64,000 nucleotides of DNA from Blepharisma stoltei ATCC 30299 (lineage: Eukaryota; Protista; Ciliophora). The DNA lies in NCBI GenBank assembly GCA_965603825.1, contig CBFDEM010000055.1:186001-250000 (forward strand), given 5' to 3'. Below the pieces are notes generated by a model. That model worked only from the letters and a program-made list of their open reading frames with translations. It ran no database searches and was not told the DNA's origin. This document shows, piece after piece, positions 12,627 to 23,652 of this stretch. The position numbers were made by a program, and so were the translations under genes. Within the stretch, counting starts at the first letter, position 1. Each line of letters starts with the position of its first letter.

Positions 12627-12900
12627 TTTATTTATTTATTTAATTAGTTTATCAGCTGTTGTTCAACAGTTCACTTTTTCTCACAAATTCCTTTCTTTTT
12701 TATCAATTTGAGCCAGAAAAGTTTGATGGCAAGATTTTGAACCCTTCCATTATTTCTTCGAATTTTCTTATATTGAAAACTACTTCAATTCACCTTAAAT
12801 TTTTATCATTCAACTCTATTAAATTCCTATTAGTACTTCTCTTTCTTACCTATATAGCTCCCATCTTCCATGAAATGATGTTCATCCTCTTTCCTACTTA
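12627..12900 (-). mobile_element. Possible decayed 3' end of a second non-LTR element
   Basis: Minus strand EDEHHFMED resembles QDEKHLIEDC of the LINE at ~1510 (23/29 nt match by eye); ends in a (TAAA)n tract; no clear TSD. Confidence 0.35.
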
Positions 12901-12946
12901 TCCATCTTATCTGAAGACATATGGATTAATTGTATTTAATAATACT

Positions 12947-14713
12947 TTAAGATTTAGGCTTTGTTTCTTGAATATTAAGTGCTGATGCTATTAAATCCTT
13001 AAGATCATCCTCGCTTGGAATATATCTGAAAACTGGAGGTGTTTTTTCACCATATTTCAGCTTATTTAGCTTGATGAAATGCATATAATTGCTCAGCTCA
13101 TTTTTAAAATTTTTCTTTGCTTCGTAATAATGATCAAGTAATATTTTATCTCGCAGCTCCGTTGGGATGCCCATATATTTTCCAATCATAGCCTTCTTTT
13201 TTTTCCTTTTTGTTTTCGTTAAAACCTCGATTTTCCTTTTGACTTCTTTTGTCCAAAGATTTATCAATTCTTCTATGTCTCGCTTAATTTTTGCTTTATA
13301 AGCCCTGAAAGCTTCTTGGATGATAATAGCTATATAAAATATACCTTTTTTGCTATAGTCTTGGAATTTTGTCGGGAGTTTTAGATTTTTCGCATTTTCT
13401 TTCATTATAGTCAAAATCTGAATTTTTGATTTCGCCAGATATGGGGGCTTGCAGAAAATTTTGAAGAGCAATAGAGAGCATAATGCTCTATTCATGTTGT
13501 TCTCCTTCACTAAGTATGTATTTAATTTTTTTCTTGCATAATTCTGGATAAGTCTAGCTGCATTATTTCTGGTCTCGCTTCTTCTTATTTGATTTGTTTT
13601 TTCTCTTAGTCTTCATTCTAGCTCTATTGCGGATACAGAAAAATAAGTAAAAGTAAGCCAAATCTTTTCGAAAGTTTGTTTTCGAGAAAGCACAACACTG
13701 ATTTCTTGTGCTTTGATTTCAGCTTGAGCTCTCATTTCTTTTCTATCTTTAATAAACAATTTTTTCTCATAATTTTCCTGCTGAATTATTTTTCTTTTTT
13801 CTAAAACTTTATTTATCCTCAAGTCATTGCTTTTTTTTCTCTCTAATACCATGCTGTGAGAATTATTCAGCTTTGAGACTCAAGTTTTATTCGCGTGAAT
13901 AAAATCTTTGATTTTTCGTTCTGGGACTTTTAATTTTTCGTCGATTGAGTCCTCAAGGTCTTCTTCGTTATAAATTGTATCGATAAAATCATCATAATGC
14001 TTTCTAGTTTTATGGACCCTCATACCAGTTGGGCCAAATCTGATGGAAACTGAAAATTTTGATTCTTTTATAGCTGTGAAATTTATGCAAATAAAAGGAT
14101 AAGAAAATAAAAGAGTTGTCTCAGAAATCCGAAAATAGTCTTTAGTGAATGATAAATCATGGACTGTTTTTGACGGATCTTTTATTTTTTTTGATACATA
14201 AATTTCAAGCTTACCAAAACTTCTATCTATATAGACATGCAATGGGGTGGGCTTTCTTCGAGTATTTATAGTAATTATTTGAGATTCATTAGCAAGTAGT
14301 TCAATATCTAAAGGTTCTGAAGGCTTTAAAAATAAGTTTTTTTGCCCATAGTTTATATTCCTAGAAATCCTGTCAAGCTTTTTAATCATGCTTGAAAAAT
14401 CTTTGGGTTTTGATTCAGTTTGGATATGTTTTTCACTGAAAGAGTATTGTAATGTTTTAGATAGTTGGCTTTCTAGATGGTTAACATAATTAATTTTCCT
14501 CTTTAGATTCTCTTGTATTGTTAGACTACTGATTAAAGCTGTATTTGGCCTTATTGGAAAGTGTATGGGATTTTCTTTAGGCTCATTTTCATAAGCGACT
14601 CCAAAAGGTCCAGCTGTTCACGACATGTCGTTTTTCAGTGACAATCTTGACATAGATCTAATTGAGATGTTTTTAGTTTCAGAAGTTGGAGTTAAGTGCC
14701 TATATTTATTCAT
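12947..14713 (-). CDS. IQ-motif-containing basic protein (~588 aa)
   Basis: Three ORF pieces in one frame through TGA; AARLIQNYARK and AIIIQEAFRAYK IQ-like motifs; ATG at 14713. Confidence 0.8.
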
Positions 14714-14722
14714 TCCATACTT

Positions 14723-14940
14723 TAATTTTCCAATTAAACTTATATATCAAAATAGCTTGCTGAAATATAAAGAGCAATTTTCATAAAACTCAAGAACTAA
14801 TTGCGATTAAGAAGCTGCCAATTTCATGATGAAAAGTTTAACCGAACCTACAGAGAAGTGAGAGCAATGATTAAATTAAAGCATCCCAATATCGCTAATT
14901 AGCTCATTTCTTTCATTGAGGGAAAACCAAACTCCATATA
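14723..14940 (+). pseudogene. Relic N-lobe of a kinase-RING family paralog
   Basis: ELIAIKKL ... TYREVRAMIKLKHPNIAN* with frameshifts and stops, matching the adjacent KLIAVKKL..IYKEAIAMAKLKHPNIVN. Confidence 0.7.
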
Positions 14941-15046
14941 ATTTTGTGTCTCTCATATACTTATCCAAGCAATCTTTGCTGACTCTCATATTAATTTCTA
15001 TACTTAATTTCTGATAAACTGCATTTAATTTTCATAAAATTTAGAT

Positions 15047-16720
15047 ATGGAAAGAATTCATGAGGGAGATTTCACGATCTTAAAAACTCTATATAAAACT
15101 GATCATGTAGAAGTATTCAAAGCAGCAATTACTAAAACTAACAAACTTATAGCTGTTAAAAAGCTACTTGTTTCATCTTTAGATGAACTAAATAACATCT
15201 ACAAAGAAGCTATAGCAATGGCAAAATTAAAACACCCAAACATCGTCAATTTACGTAGCTGCATAATTGGAGGAAAAGGATTAGATCCAGAATATATCCT
15301 TTTTATCATGGATTACTATCCATGTGGTGACCTAAGTCGCGAAATTCATAAAAGAATACCCAATAACACTTTTTGAAGCGAGTTTGAGTTATTAGAACTC
15401 ATGAAATCTCTGATAAATGCTTATAAATTTTTGCAAGAAAATGATGTTGCCCATAGAGATATTAAGCCAAATAACATTTTTGTGACTGAAGACAATACAC
15501 TAAAAATAGCTGATTTAGGATCTGTTAGCAATAGAAAAGGACTAATTAAGCCAGTCTCTATGAATTTAACCATAACAGGAACAAAAAGTTATTTAAGTCC
15601 TATACTATGAACTGCTTATATACAAATCTGCAAAGGCATAATCGAGACAAGAAAGGTTAGACACAATCCTTTTAAGTCTGATGTTTATTCGCTTGGATTA
15701 ACATTTCTTTATATGGCAAGCTTACAAAAAGTCATAAGATCTGAAGAAATTGTGAATAACATTGAAAAAAATATAGGAATTATGATTAATCAACTTAATT
15801 ACAGCCAAAACTTAAAAAATATTTTATTTCAGATGCTCGCATATGAGGAAGAAAGTCGGCCAAATTTTATTGAGCTTGATAGAGCTTTTATGGATCTATT
15901 TTTTATACAGCCTGCTATTGAACAACAAATAAATAATAAGATCGAGGAAGAAAGAAAGGATTCAAGAATAAAAGTCAAAGATTTTAATGTTAGAAATTTG
16001 CTAAGCAATAGAAAAATAGTGTGCAAAGTATGTACTAGGAAAAAAGCTGTGAATTTAATATCCGCATCAATAAAGGCAATTATTGATTCTGATTCTTTTG
16101 GTTGTCTGGCAGAGAGACTTTATATTTTGAATGTGGTGCATTGTAAAATTACAATTGGAAAATTAAGCTATATTTGCGGAATTTGTAAAGGAAATAATTG
16201 CGAATATATTACGACTTGCTGCAGTATTCTAACACATCAAGCATGCTATATAGGTAGTTGTGAACGTACAAATAAGAGTCGAGCTGAAAATCGAGGTTTA
16301 AAGTGCTGCTTTTGTCAAAAATATAATCGCAGCGACAGAGAGAATTTTCATTCATTTGATTATACGAGATATATTTCAATAAATCCTCAATATGCTCCTT
16401 TATATCAAACCGCTAAAGCTCAGGAAGTAAGCATATCTGAAAATGATAATGAACAGAGCCAGGAAAAATTGAATTTTTCTGAGAAAAGACAAAATAGTTC
16501 TCCGAATTTAGAAATTCTGACATCATTATGCTTTATTTGCCGAAGAGGAAACGTCACTGTAGTGTCATTTTCGTGTGGACACAAGTTTTGCAAAGAATGT
16601 TTTTGTGCAAAAATTAATAAATGCCGCAAAGAAATTTGTTTTTCTTGTCCGAAAGAGTATAATTTTGAAGAATTGCTGATAATATTACAAAAATTGAAAT
16701 GGAATGTAAATAGCTCTTAA
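15047..16720 (+). CDS. Ser/Thr kinase with C-terminal Cys-rich and RING-like region (557 aa)
   Basis: AVKK, HRDIKPNN, ADLG, KSDVYSLG; C-terminal CFIC..CGHKFCKEC..CFSC; TGA read as Trp. Confidence 0.88.
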
Positions 16721-17025
16721 TTTATTTAATAATATAATTTTTGTTAATGTATGCACGAAGAATACTTTTTAAGCTTTGCGCTTCATCTTTTGATATGCAT
16801 GATATGCTAGAAATCAGTTTCTCAGTTTTAATTCAAATTCTTAAAAGGAAATTTGAAGAAATTTATAGCCTAATTTATAATTTTTATTCAGTAGGCAATT
16901 TTAAATTCTGAAATTCTTATTTCTAAAGTTATATTTAAGCATTGTAAAATTATATTATAGTCTTTGTTTTTATTATTTTGCTATTCCTATTGATTTATTA
17001 TAATAAATTAGCTTAAATGCACGAT

Positions 17026-18540
17026 TTAAGTTATAAATCTTAAGCTTGGGAAACAGCAAATTAATTTTTCATATGCCCCGCCTGTAGATATTGGGCAACC
17101 AAAGCAGATATTTTCGCGCAATTTTTTATGATTTTCTAAGCATTTTTGGCAAAATTGGTGGTTACATGGAGAATAAATAAATACTGTTTTTTGTTTTTTG
17201 CATTGATAGCAAAAACCAAATGGTAAATCATTTTTAGCTTCAAATTCGCTATTTTCTTTTATTTCTGCTACTTGATCTTGTTGCTGGCAACTAATCTCTT
17301 CATTTTTGAAAACATTGGAAGTGGCACAACGCAAGCAAGTAAATTGTAAATCTATGCAAGCTTTATGAATAAAATATTGAATTCCACAATAGTTACATAT
17401 AAAAAGATAATCAATATTTCCAGATTTACAGGCACAGCAGATATAGGATAGAGTTCCAATTTTAATGTAAAAGTTCAAAGATTTCGCACATGTCATAAGA
17501 AATCATACAAAAGAACTGGGTTCAGCATTATTGATAGCCTGTAAAATGCTTAATAAGTAGGTGTTTATATATGAAACTTTACAAAATGCTTTAATCGAAT
17601 AGAAATTTAAAAGCACACGACAATCTGTTATCTGCTTAGCTTTTATTTTTCTGATCTTATATTTTGGCTGAACTTGCATATTTCCTTCAACAGAACTTGA
17701 AAAAACTTCTTCAAGTTTTATAAAACTAGGCCGCTTTGCTTCATCATATTCAAGCATATAGCTTAAAAAGTCTTTTAGCCTTTGAGAATATCTTAGCTCA
17801 TTAATTCTTTGTGCTGTTTTGTATTTAAGAATTTTTAAATCTGTCAGATCAGTTACATCTATCAAGCTTGCCATATAAAGAAACGTCAATCCCAGTGAAT
17901 ACACATCAGATTTAAAGGGATCATGTTTGGAACTATTAGCATTCATTCCATAATGAAAACCCATATATGATTCTCTTAATTTAGGGCTTAAATAAAGTGG
18001 AGTCCCTGCAATTGTATGCTCCGATGCCATTGTCCTTTCCTGTTCTTCTCTTTGTAAAGCACATCCTAAGTCAGCCACTTTTAAAGTTCCATCATTTCCT
18101 ACAAAAATATTTTGGGGTTTTATATCTCTATGAGCTATTCTTTGTTTTTGTAAATACGAATAAGCTTGGATGAGCGATTTAAACAAATTTCATAGATCTT
18201 CTTCAGTCCAATATTCATTACCAGCAGCTATCCTTCTTTTTATTTCTTTCGCTAAATCTCCTTGGGGAAAGTATTCCATAGCTAAAAGGATAAATCTCTC
18301 ACGATCCTCTGACTCTTCTCTAAGGATACCATATAATTTTACAAAATTGGGATGCTTAAGTACTTCCATTGTTCAGGCTTCTTTATAAGTAGCATTTAAT
18401 TCCTCAAGTGATAGAAATTTTAGCTTCTTTACAGCAATTTCTTGGCCTGTATTTTTTAAAACTGCTTTAAACACTTCTACTGAGTTTGTTTTATAGAGAG
18501 TTTCTTTTTTGATGAAATCACTAGAAGATACACTGTCCAT
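17026..18540 (-). CDS. Ser/Thr kinase with C-terminal RING-like region (504 aa), convergent paralog of 15047..16720
   Basis: ATG at 18540, IAVKKL, HRDIKPQN, ADLG, KSDVYSLG, CYQC..CNHQFCQKC..CFGC; single frame. Confidence 0.88.
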
Positions 18541-18706
18541 TAGCTTCACTCTACAATTATTTGATATAAATTTCTAAAGAAATGCACAAAATCAAAATAT
18601 ATAAATAATGACAACAAATTCTGATTTATATTTGTGATTTATTTATGTGATATATGAAGGAGGATGCACTTTCTCCTAGCAAACCAATATATTAAATACG
18701 AATTAA

Positions 18707-19474
18707 TTAAAGATGTGGGAGTCTAATACCTCCATCTATTCTAATCACACTGCCAGTCATATATTGATTTTCGATCAAAAACTTGACTGCGTGAGCAAAT
18801 TCTTCAGGGTCTCCAAGTCTTTTTAATGGGGTAGCCCTAATTAAATTATCTGCTTCCTTTTGTGGCAATTTTTCTCCCATAGGAGTATTAAAAACGCCAG
18901 GTGCGATAGTCCCAACTCTGATTTTATAGAAAGCTAAATCACGAGCTAGTGGAAGTGCAAGACCTAAAATAGCCCCTTTGCTGCTTGCATAGGCTACTTG
19001 GCCTGTTTGCCCTTCATATCCAGCTACACTTGCAACGTTAATAATAACTCCTCTGTCTTCATTCTGAGCAGGTGCTGGCTGCAATGCCATTTGTTTAGCT
19101 ACCAATCTTGCGACGTTGAAAGTTCCAATTACGTTAACTTTGATGACTTTTTCAAAGGCTTCTAATGAGTGAACTTTATCTTTGCTAAGAGTACGCATCC
19201 CATATAAAATTCCTGCACAATTTACACATGCGCTGATTTTTCCAAATTTTTCGAGGGTGGATTTTATAGCTGCTTCCACACTTTCTGTATTAATTATATT
19301 TACCGAACAGAAAATCGCATTTTCACCTAATTCTTTCGCCAGGCTTTCTCCTAGCTTTGCATTTAAATCCCATATAGAAACTTTTGCTCCACTAGTAATC
19401 AGCATTTTTGAAGTTGCAGCCCCTAATCCAGATGCCCCTCCAGTAACCACACAAACTGCATTATCAAGTCTCAT
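18707..19474 (-). CDS. HSD17B10: 3-hydroxyacyl-CoA dehydrogenase type 2 (SDR)
   Basis: TGGASGLG, VNCAGI, RGVIINVASVAGYEGQTGQVAYASSKG, IRIDGGIRL. Confidence 0.92.
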   Translation of the reverse strand: MRLDNAVCVVTGGASGLGAATSKMLITSGAKVSIWDLNAKLGESLAKELGENAIFCSVNIINTESVEAAIKSTLEKFGKISACVNCAGILYGMRTLSKDKVHSLEAFEKVIKVNVIGTFNVARLVAKQMALQPAPAQNEDRGVIINVASVAGYEGQTGQVAYASSKGAILGLALPLARDLAFYKIRVGTIAPGVFNTPMGEKLPQKEADNLIRATPLKRLGDPEEFAHAVKFLIENQYMTGSVIRIDGGIRLPHL

Positions 19475-19492
19475 ATTTATGATGTCACATAA

Positions 19493-20692
19493 ATGTCTTT
19501 AAAGAATTTTGAATTCATCCAGAAGCTAGGAGAAGGCGCATTTTCACAAGTTTACAAAGTTAAGAGGGTAATTGACAGCCAAATTTATGCTTTAAAGCAG
19601 GTAAGATTTGGATCATTGAGGCCTAAAGAAAAAGAAAATGCTTTAAATGAAGTAAGGATTTTAGCTTCAGTTATACATCCTAACATAATTGGATACAAAG
19701 AAGCTTTTATAGACGAATCTTCAAATAGTTTATGGTAGTTTTTACTTAGTATTGTGATGGAATTTGCAGATGGAGGTGATTTATTATCTAAAATAAATTC
19801 TCATAAGCAGAAAAATACTCATTTTCCAGAAAGAGAGCTTTGAAGCATTTTTATTCAAATGCTAAGCGGTGTAAAAGCGCTTCATGACCTCAAAATCCTT
19901 CATAGAGACTTAAAGTCCGCAAATGTTTTCGTTACCCGAGATGGGGTAGTGAAAATCGGGGATATGAATATTTCAAAAATCGCATATGGCGGCCTTGCTC
20001 ATACCCAAGCAGGAACACCTTTTTATGCTAGCCCAGAAGTATGAAGAAACCAGCCTTATGATTCTAAAAGTGATATATGGTCCTTAGGGTGCATTTTATA
20101 TGAGCTTACAATGCTAAATCCGCCTTTCAAGTCTGCGGATATGGAAGGATTATTCCAAAAAATTGTAAGAGGTCATTATCCTCCAATTTCTATGGAATAT
20201 TCCAATGATTTATCGAATTTAATTAGGACTCTTCTGCAAGTGAATTCTGGATTAAGACCAACTTGTGAGAAAATATTGGAAATGCCACTGATTAGTAGAA
20301 ATATTGAAGTCCAGCAAATACGAGAAGTGGCTTCGACTGGAAATTTGTTAAGCACAATTAAAGTTAGTGGAAGCTTAAATGGGATCTCAATGGCTTTGCC
20401 TCCTTCAAATTATCATAATAGACTTGTGAGTGTTGGAGCTTTAGCAGTAAACGGAGAAATAAGAGGCAGCCCAAAGTCTTATGACCTTCTAGGCAAACAT
20501 ATTTCTCAAGAAGCCAGCAATTTCAGGTCAGATGATATTAAAGCTAAAGCTAATGAAAATAGGCTGAAACTAGCCTATCCTATGTCAAGAGGCGAAAAAT
20601 ATAGGAATAATCAAATTCCTTTAGACCAAAGGATTCAAATTTTAAAAGAAAAAAGTCGAGGAAACCAGCTTAGAATGATATGGTATCGCTAA
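19493..20692 (+). CDS. NIMA-related (NEK) kinase; 15-nt intron at 19735-19749
   Basis: LGEGAFSQVYKV, ENALNEVRILAS, HRDLKSANVF, GTPFYASPEVW; splicing restores SLCIVMEFADGGDL. Confidence 0.93.
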
Positions 20693-20712
20693 TATAAATT
20701 AAATAATTTAAA

Positions 20713-21099
20713 ATGTCTTACAATCTTATAGAAGTCCAAGAATACATCCAGCATAAGTCTCTTGAAGAGCGAATGCAAAAGTCTTCACAAATGATGAACG
20801 ATAATCAAGGGAAAATTCCTGCAATTTTATTAAAAGCAAAATCCTGCACATATAAGCTTCCTGTGCAAAAACTTTCAATAGATGGATCAATGACAATGGG
20901 AAGCTTGCTGTTTGCCCTCAGAAAATATATGTGGTTGACCCCGAGTCAAGGCCTATATGTTTATATAAATGATACTCTACCAATGCTAAATTCCAGACTT
21001 TCTGATTTATATGAGCGTTATAAAGAAGAAGATGGATTTTTGTATTTATTGTGTGCTCATCAAGAAGATAAAGGTTTTTATAACACTGAAATATTTTAA
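20713..21099 (+). CDS. ATG8: Divergent ATG8/GABARAP-family protein
   Basis: KSLEERM, KIPAIL, LSDLYERYKEEDGFLYL, Gly followed by a 7-aa extension. Confidence 0.8.
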   Translation: MSYNLIEVQEYIQHKSLEERMQKSSQMMNDNQGKIPAILLKAKSCTYKLPVQKLSIDGSMTMGSLLFALRKYMWLTPSQGLYVYINDTLPMLNSRLSDLYERYKEEDGFLYLLCAHQEDKGFYNTEIF

Positions 21100-21185
21100 A
21101 ATTTAGAAGTTTAATATAAATTTTAAATTAGAAATAAAATACTACTTATTATTGCTAAAACCTCTTATTTAATTTCATCAATAAA

Positions 21186-21959
21186 CTAGCTAGAGCTCAA
21201 AAGTGAATGGTTTAAAGATCTTACTGAAATCGTTATTTTTGTAACTTGGAATGATAATGAATAAGCAAAAGGTAAATAAATGCTCAAAGATACAGCAATA
21301 TATTCAAAAATTGCTTCAATTCATTCTATAGTAATATTTGCACTATTGTATCACAAACAAATGGTTATTAAAAGCATTGACAAGCATACTCCTAAATAAA
21401 TCAAAAAATTTTGTAAAATCCTTGATTGCTTCAGCGAATAATTTTTCAATTTATACATACACTTGAGCGAAATCGTGACCCATATCATCCCAAGCATTAT
21501 CATCCCTGCCACAATAACCAGATGGACTTGTTCCAAAGGGACATAAAATGACGAACCCGCTTCATCAATAATAAATGCAAAAGGAACAGCAAAGCTAATA
21601 ATAATCCCCGTAAACAGCATTGTTATAGAGTCAATTTTGCTCAATGTCGCATCATAATTGGCAAAGGCTGCCGAAAAGAATAGCAGAAGCACAGGATTAA
21701 ACGCTGAAAGAGTCAATACAAAAATCCTATCATACCCTTTAAAATAACCTATATACGAGATTGTAGGTAAAAAGTCTCAGCAATCAAATGTCATCATACA
21801 AGCAGAAATTACTGTAAAAGTAATCATTATATGTGTAAAAATTCCTGATAAAAGAAAAAGCTTGGCTGGGTAAATTATTAAGGAAATACTCGATTTGTGA
21901 GATCTCAGTTCCCAAGGTGGCCAAATAATCGAAACAGTTCTAAAATATGATGAGGCCAT
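21186..21959 (-). CDS. Frag1/DRAM/Sfk1-like multi-pass membrane protein (257 aa)
   Basis: LPTISYIG..YDRIF, conserved-looking His in a TM, AIFEYIAV; open with TGA=Trp to TAG at 21186. Confidence 0.7.
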
Positions 21960-21990
21960 TTTTGTAATTATAACTAAAATTAATAAATTA

Positions 21991-23616
21991 ATGACTAGCG
22001 AGCTTCAAAAGACTTTGGAACTTAGAGAACAAGAACTTTTGAATGCATACAGAGAGCTTGAAAAAGTGAGGAAAAAATATAAAAATCTTAAAGCTGAGGT
22101 TAAAGGAAATAAGCAGCCTGAAAATCTTGATAATTTTGTTAATAAAATCATCGATGCCATCCACACAAAATTTGAACCATCCCCAAGAAAAATCCAGAAA
22201 AGAGAAGAATCATCAGATATTGAAGAAGGAGAAATCAAACAAAATCAGATGAATAATAATGAAAAAATTAAATCATTATTTGAGCCAGATAAAAATGATA
22301 GACAAACTAAGCAAAATAAGCCAAAAAATCCTCAACAAAATGCATATGGAAATAATAATACTAAGCCTCAGTTTGGAAAGCAATTAGCTAACAAACAAAT
22401 GCAAGAAAGAAATAGCCCCCAAATAAATCAAAAACCCTATCAATATCCAAATGATTTTGCAAACTCTTTTAAGCAGCAAGCAGATAGAAATAAAATTGCC
22501 AATAAGCCAGCTTATAATGAGCCTTATTTAATCCACAATTATCCTAAGCCTCAAATTCAAGAGCCTATGCTTCTACCAAATTTTCCATCATATTCCCCCC
22601 AATCTTTCCCAAAGCAGCCTGCAATGTCTCAGCCAATTCTCCAAGATCTTTTCAATTCAATCAAAAATTCATACTGGCCAACTCAGGCCTTTGATGTGTC
22701 AATTCTCTCTATTGATTTTTCATTTTTTAAAAAATTTGACACAGCCCTGATCTGTAATTCTCTTCTAGAAGAACTCAAAAAATGCCTTGAAATTTTTAGT
22801 TTTAATGACGCTTATTATATAATCAATATAATAATCAAAGGACTTTTAGGGGAAGAAACAAGAGACAAACAATTTTTCGGGAATCTAAAAAAAATCATAA
22901 TTTCTCCAACAGCAAAAGGGTTCAATTTTGCAAGCGAAATTTGCAAAATTCAGCCTATAAGATACACAAATCAATGAAAATCGCTGCAAGAATTACTCCA
23001 TGTCTGTTATATTTCAATCTGCAAAGAGTATGGATATTTCTTGCTAATCAGATCATTAGCTTCAAAGCAATTGAAAGTAAAAGAAATCAGACTATTCCGG
23101 TTGATTTTTGAGATCTGGGAATCAGATTTGGGTGAAAGCCAGCTTTTTTCTCTAAAAACATATAAAAAATTATATGAAAATATAGAAGACACAGAGTCTC
23201 TTTTTAAAGATATCGCTTTAGAAGCAGCCCGCTGCACTGAAGACACCCACAAAGATTTATATGTCACAGCAAAATCTTTAATTTCCTTCGTAGGAGGAAA
23301 AACTGCTTATAAATACTATGAGAATTATCTTTGGCAAACCTTATCATCTGCGTTTAAAGACTCTCTAACCAGAGTTATCATATTAGAAATGATCGGCCCT
23401 ATAATTACTCAGCTTTCCAAGAATTCTGATTGCGCCACAGTTACTGAAGGACTTCAGCGCAGTATGGAAGAAATTTTAACTGACGAGAATTTTGAAAGTA
23501 ATAAATATTTAGGCTTTAGTTTTAAAGAGCAAAAGGCAGCTGCAAAAACCTTGGAAAAATGTGGGTATACGTCACCAATTTCATTAAAATGGAGAACAAA
23601 ATTTATTAAGCCTTAA
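21991..23616 (+). CDS. Hypothetical protein (N-terminal coiled coil, Q/N/P-rich linker, helical C-terminal domain); probable 15-nt intron at 23498-23512
   Basis: Single frame through TGA 22975; GTAATAAATATTTAG fits the local intron consensus. Confidence 0.8.
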
Positions 23617-23652
23617 TACACAATTTTAGATTTTTTTTTATTAAATATTAAT

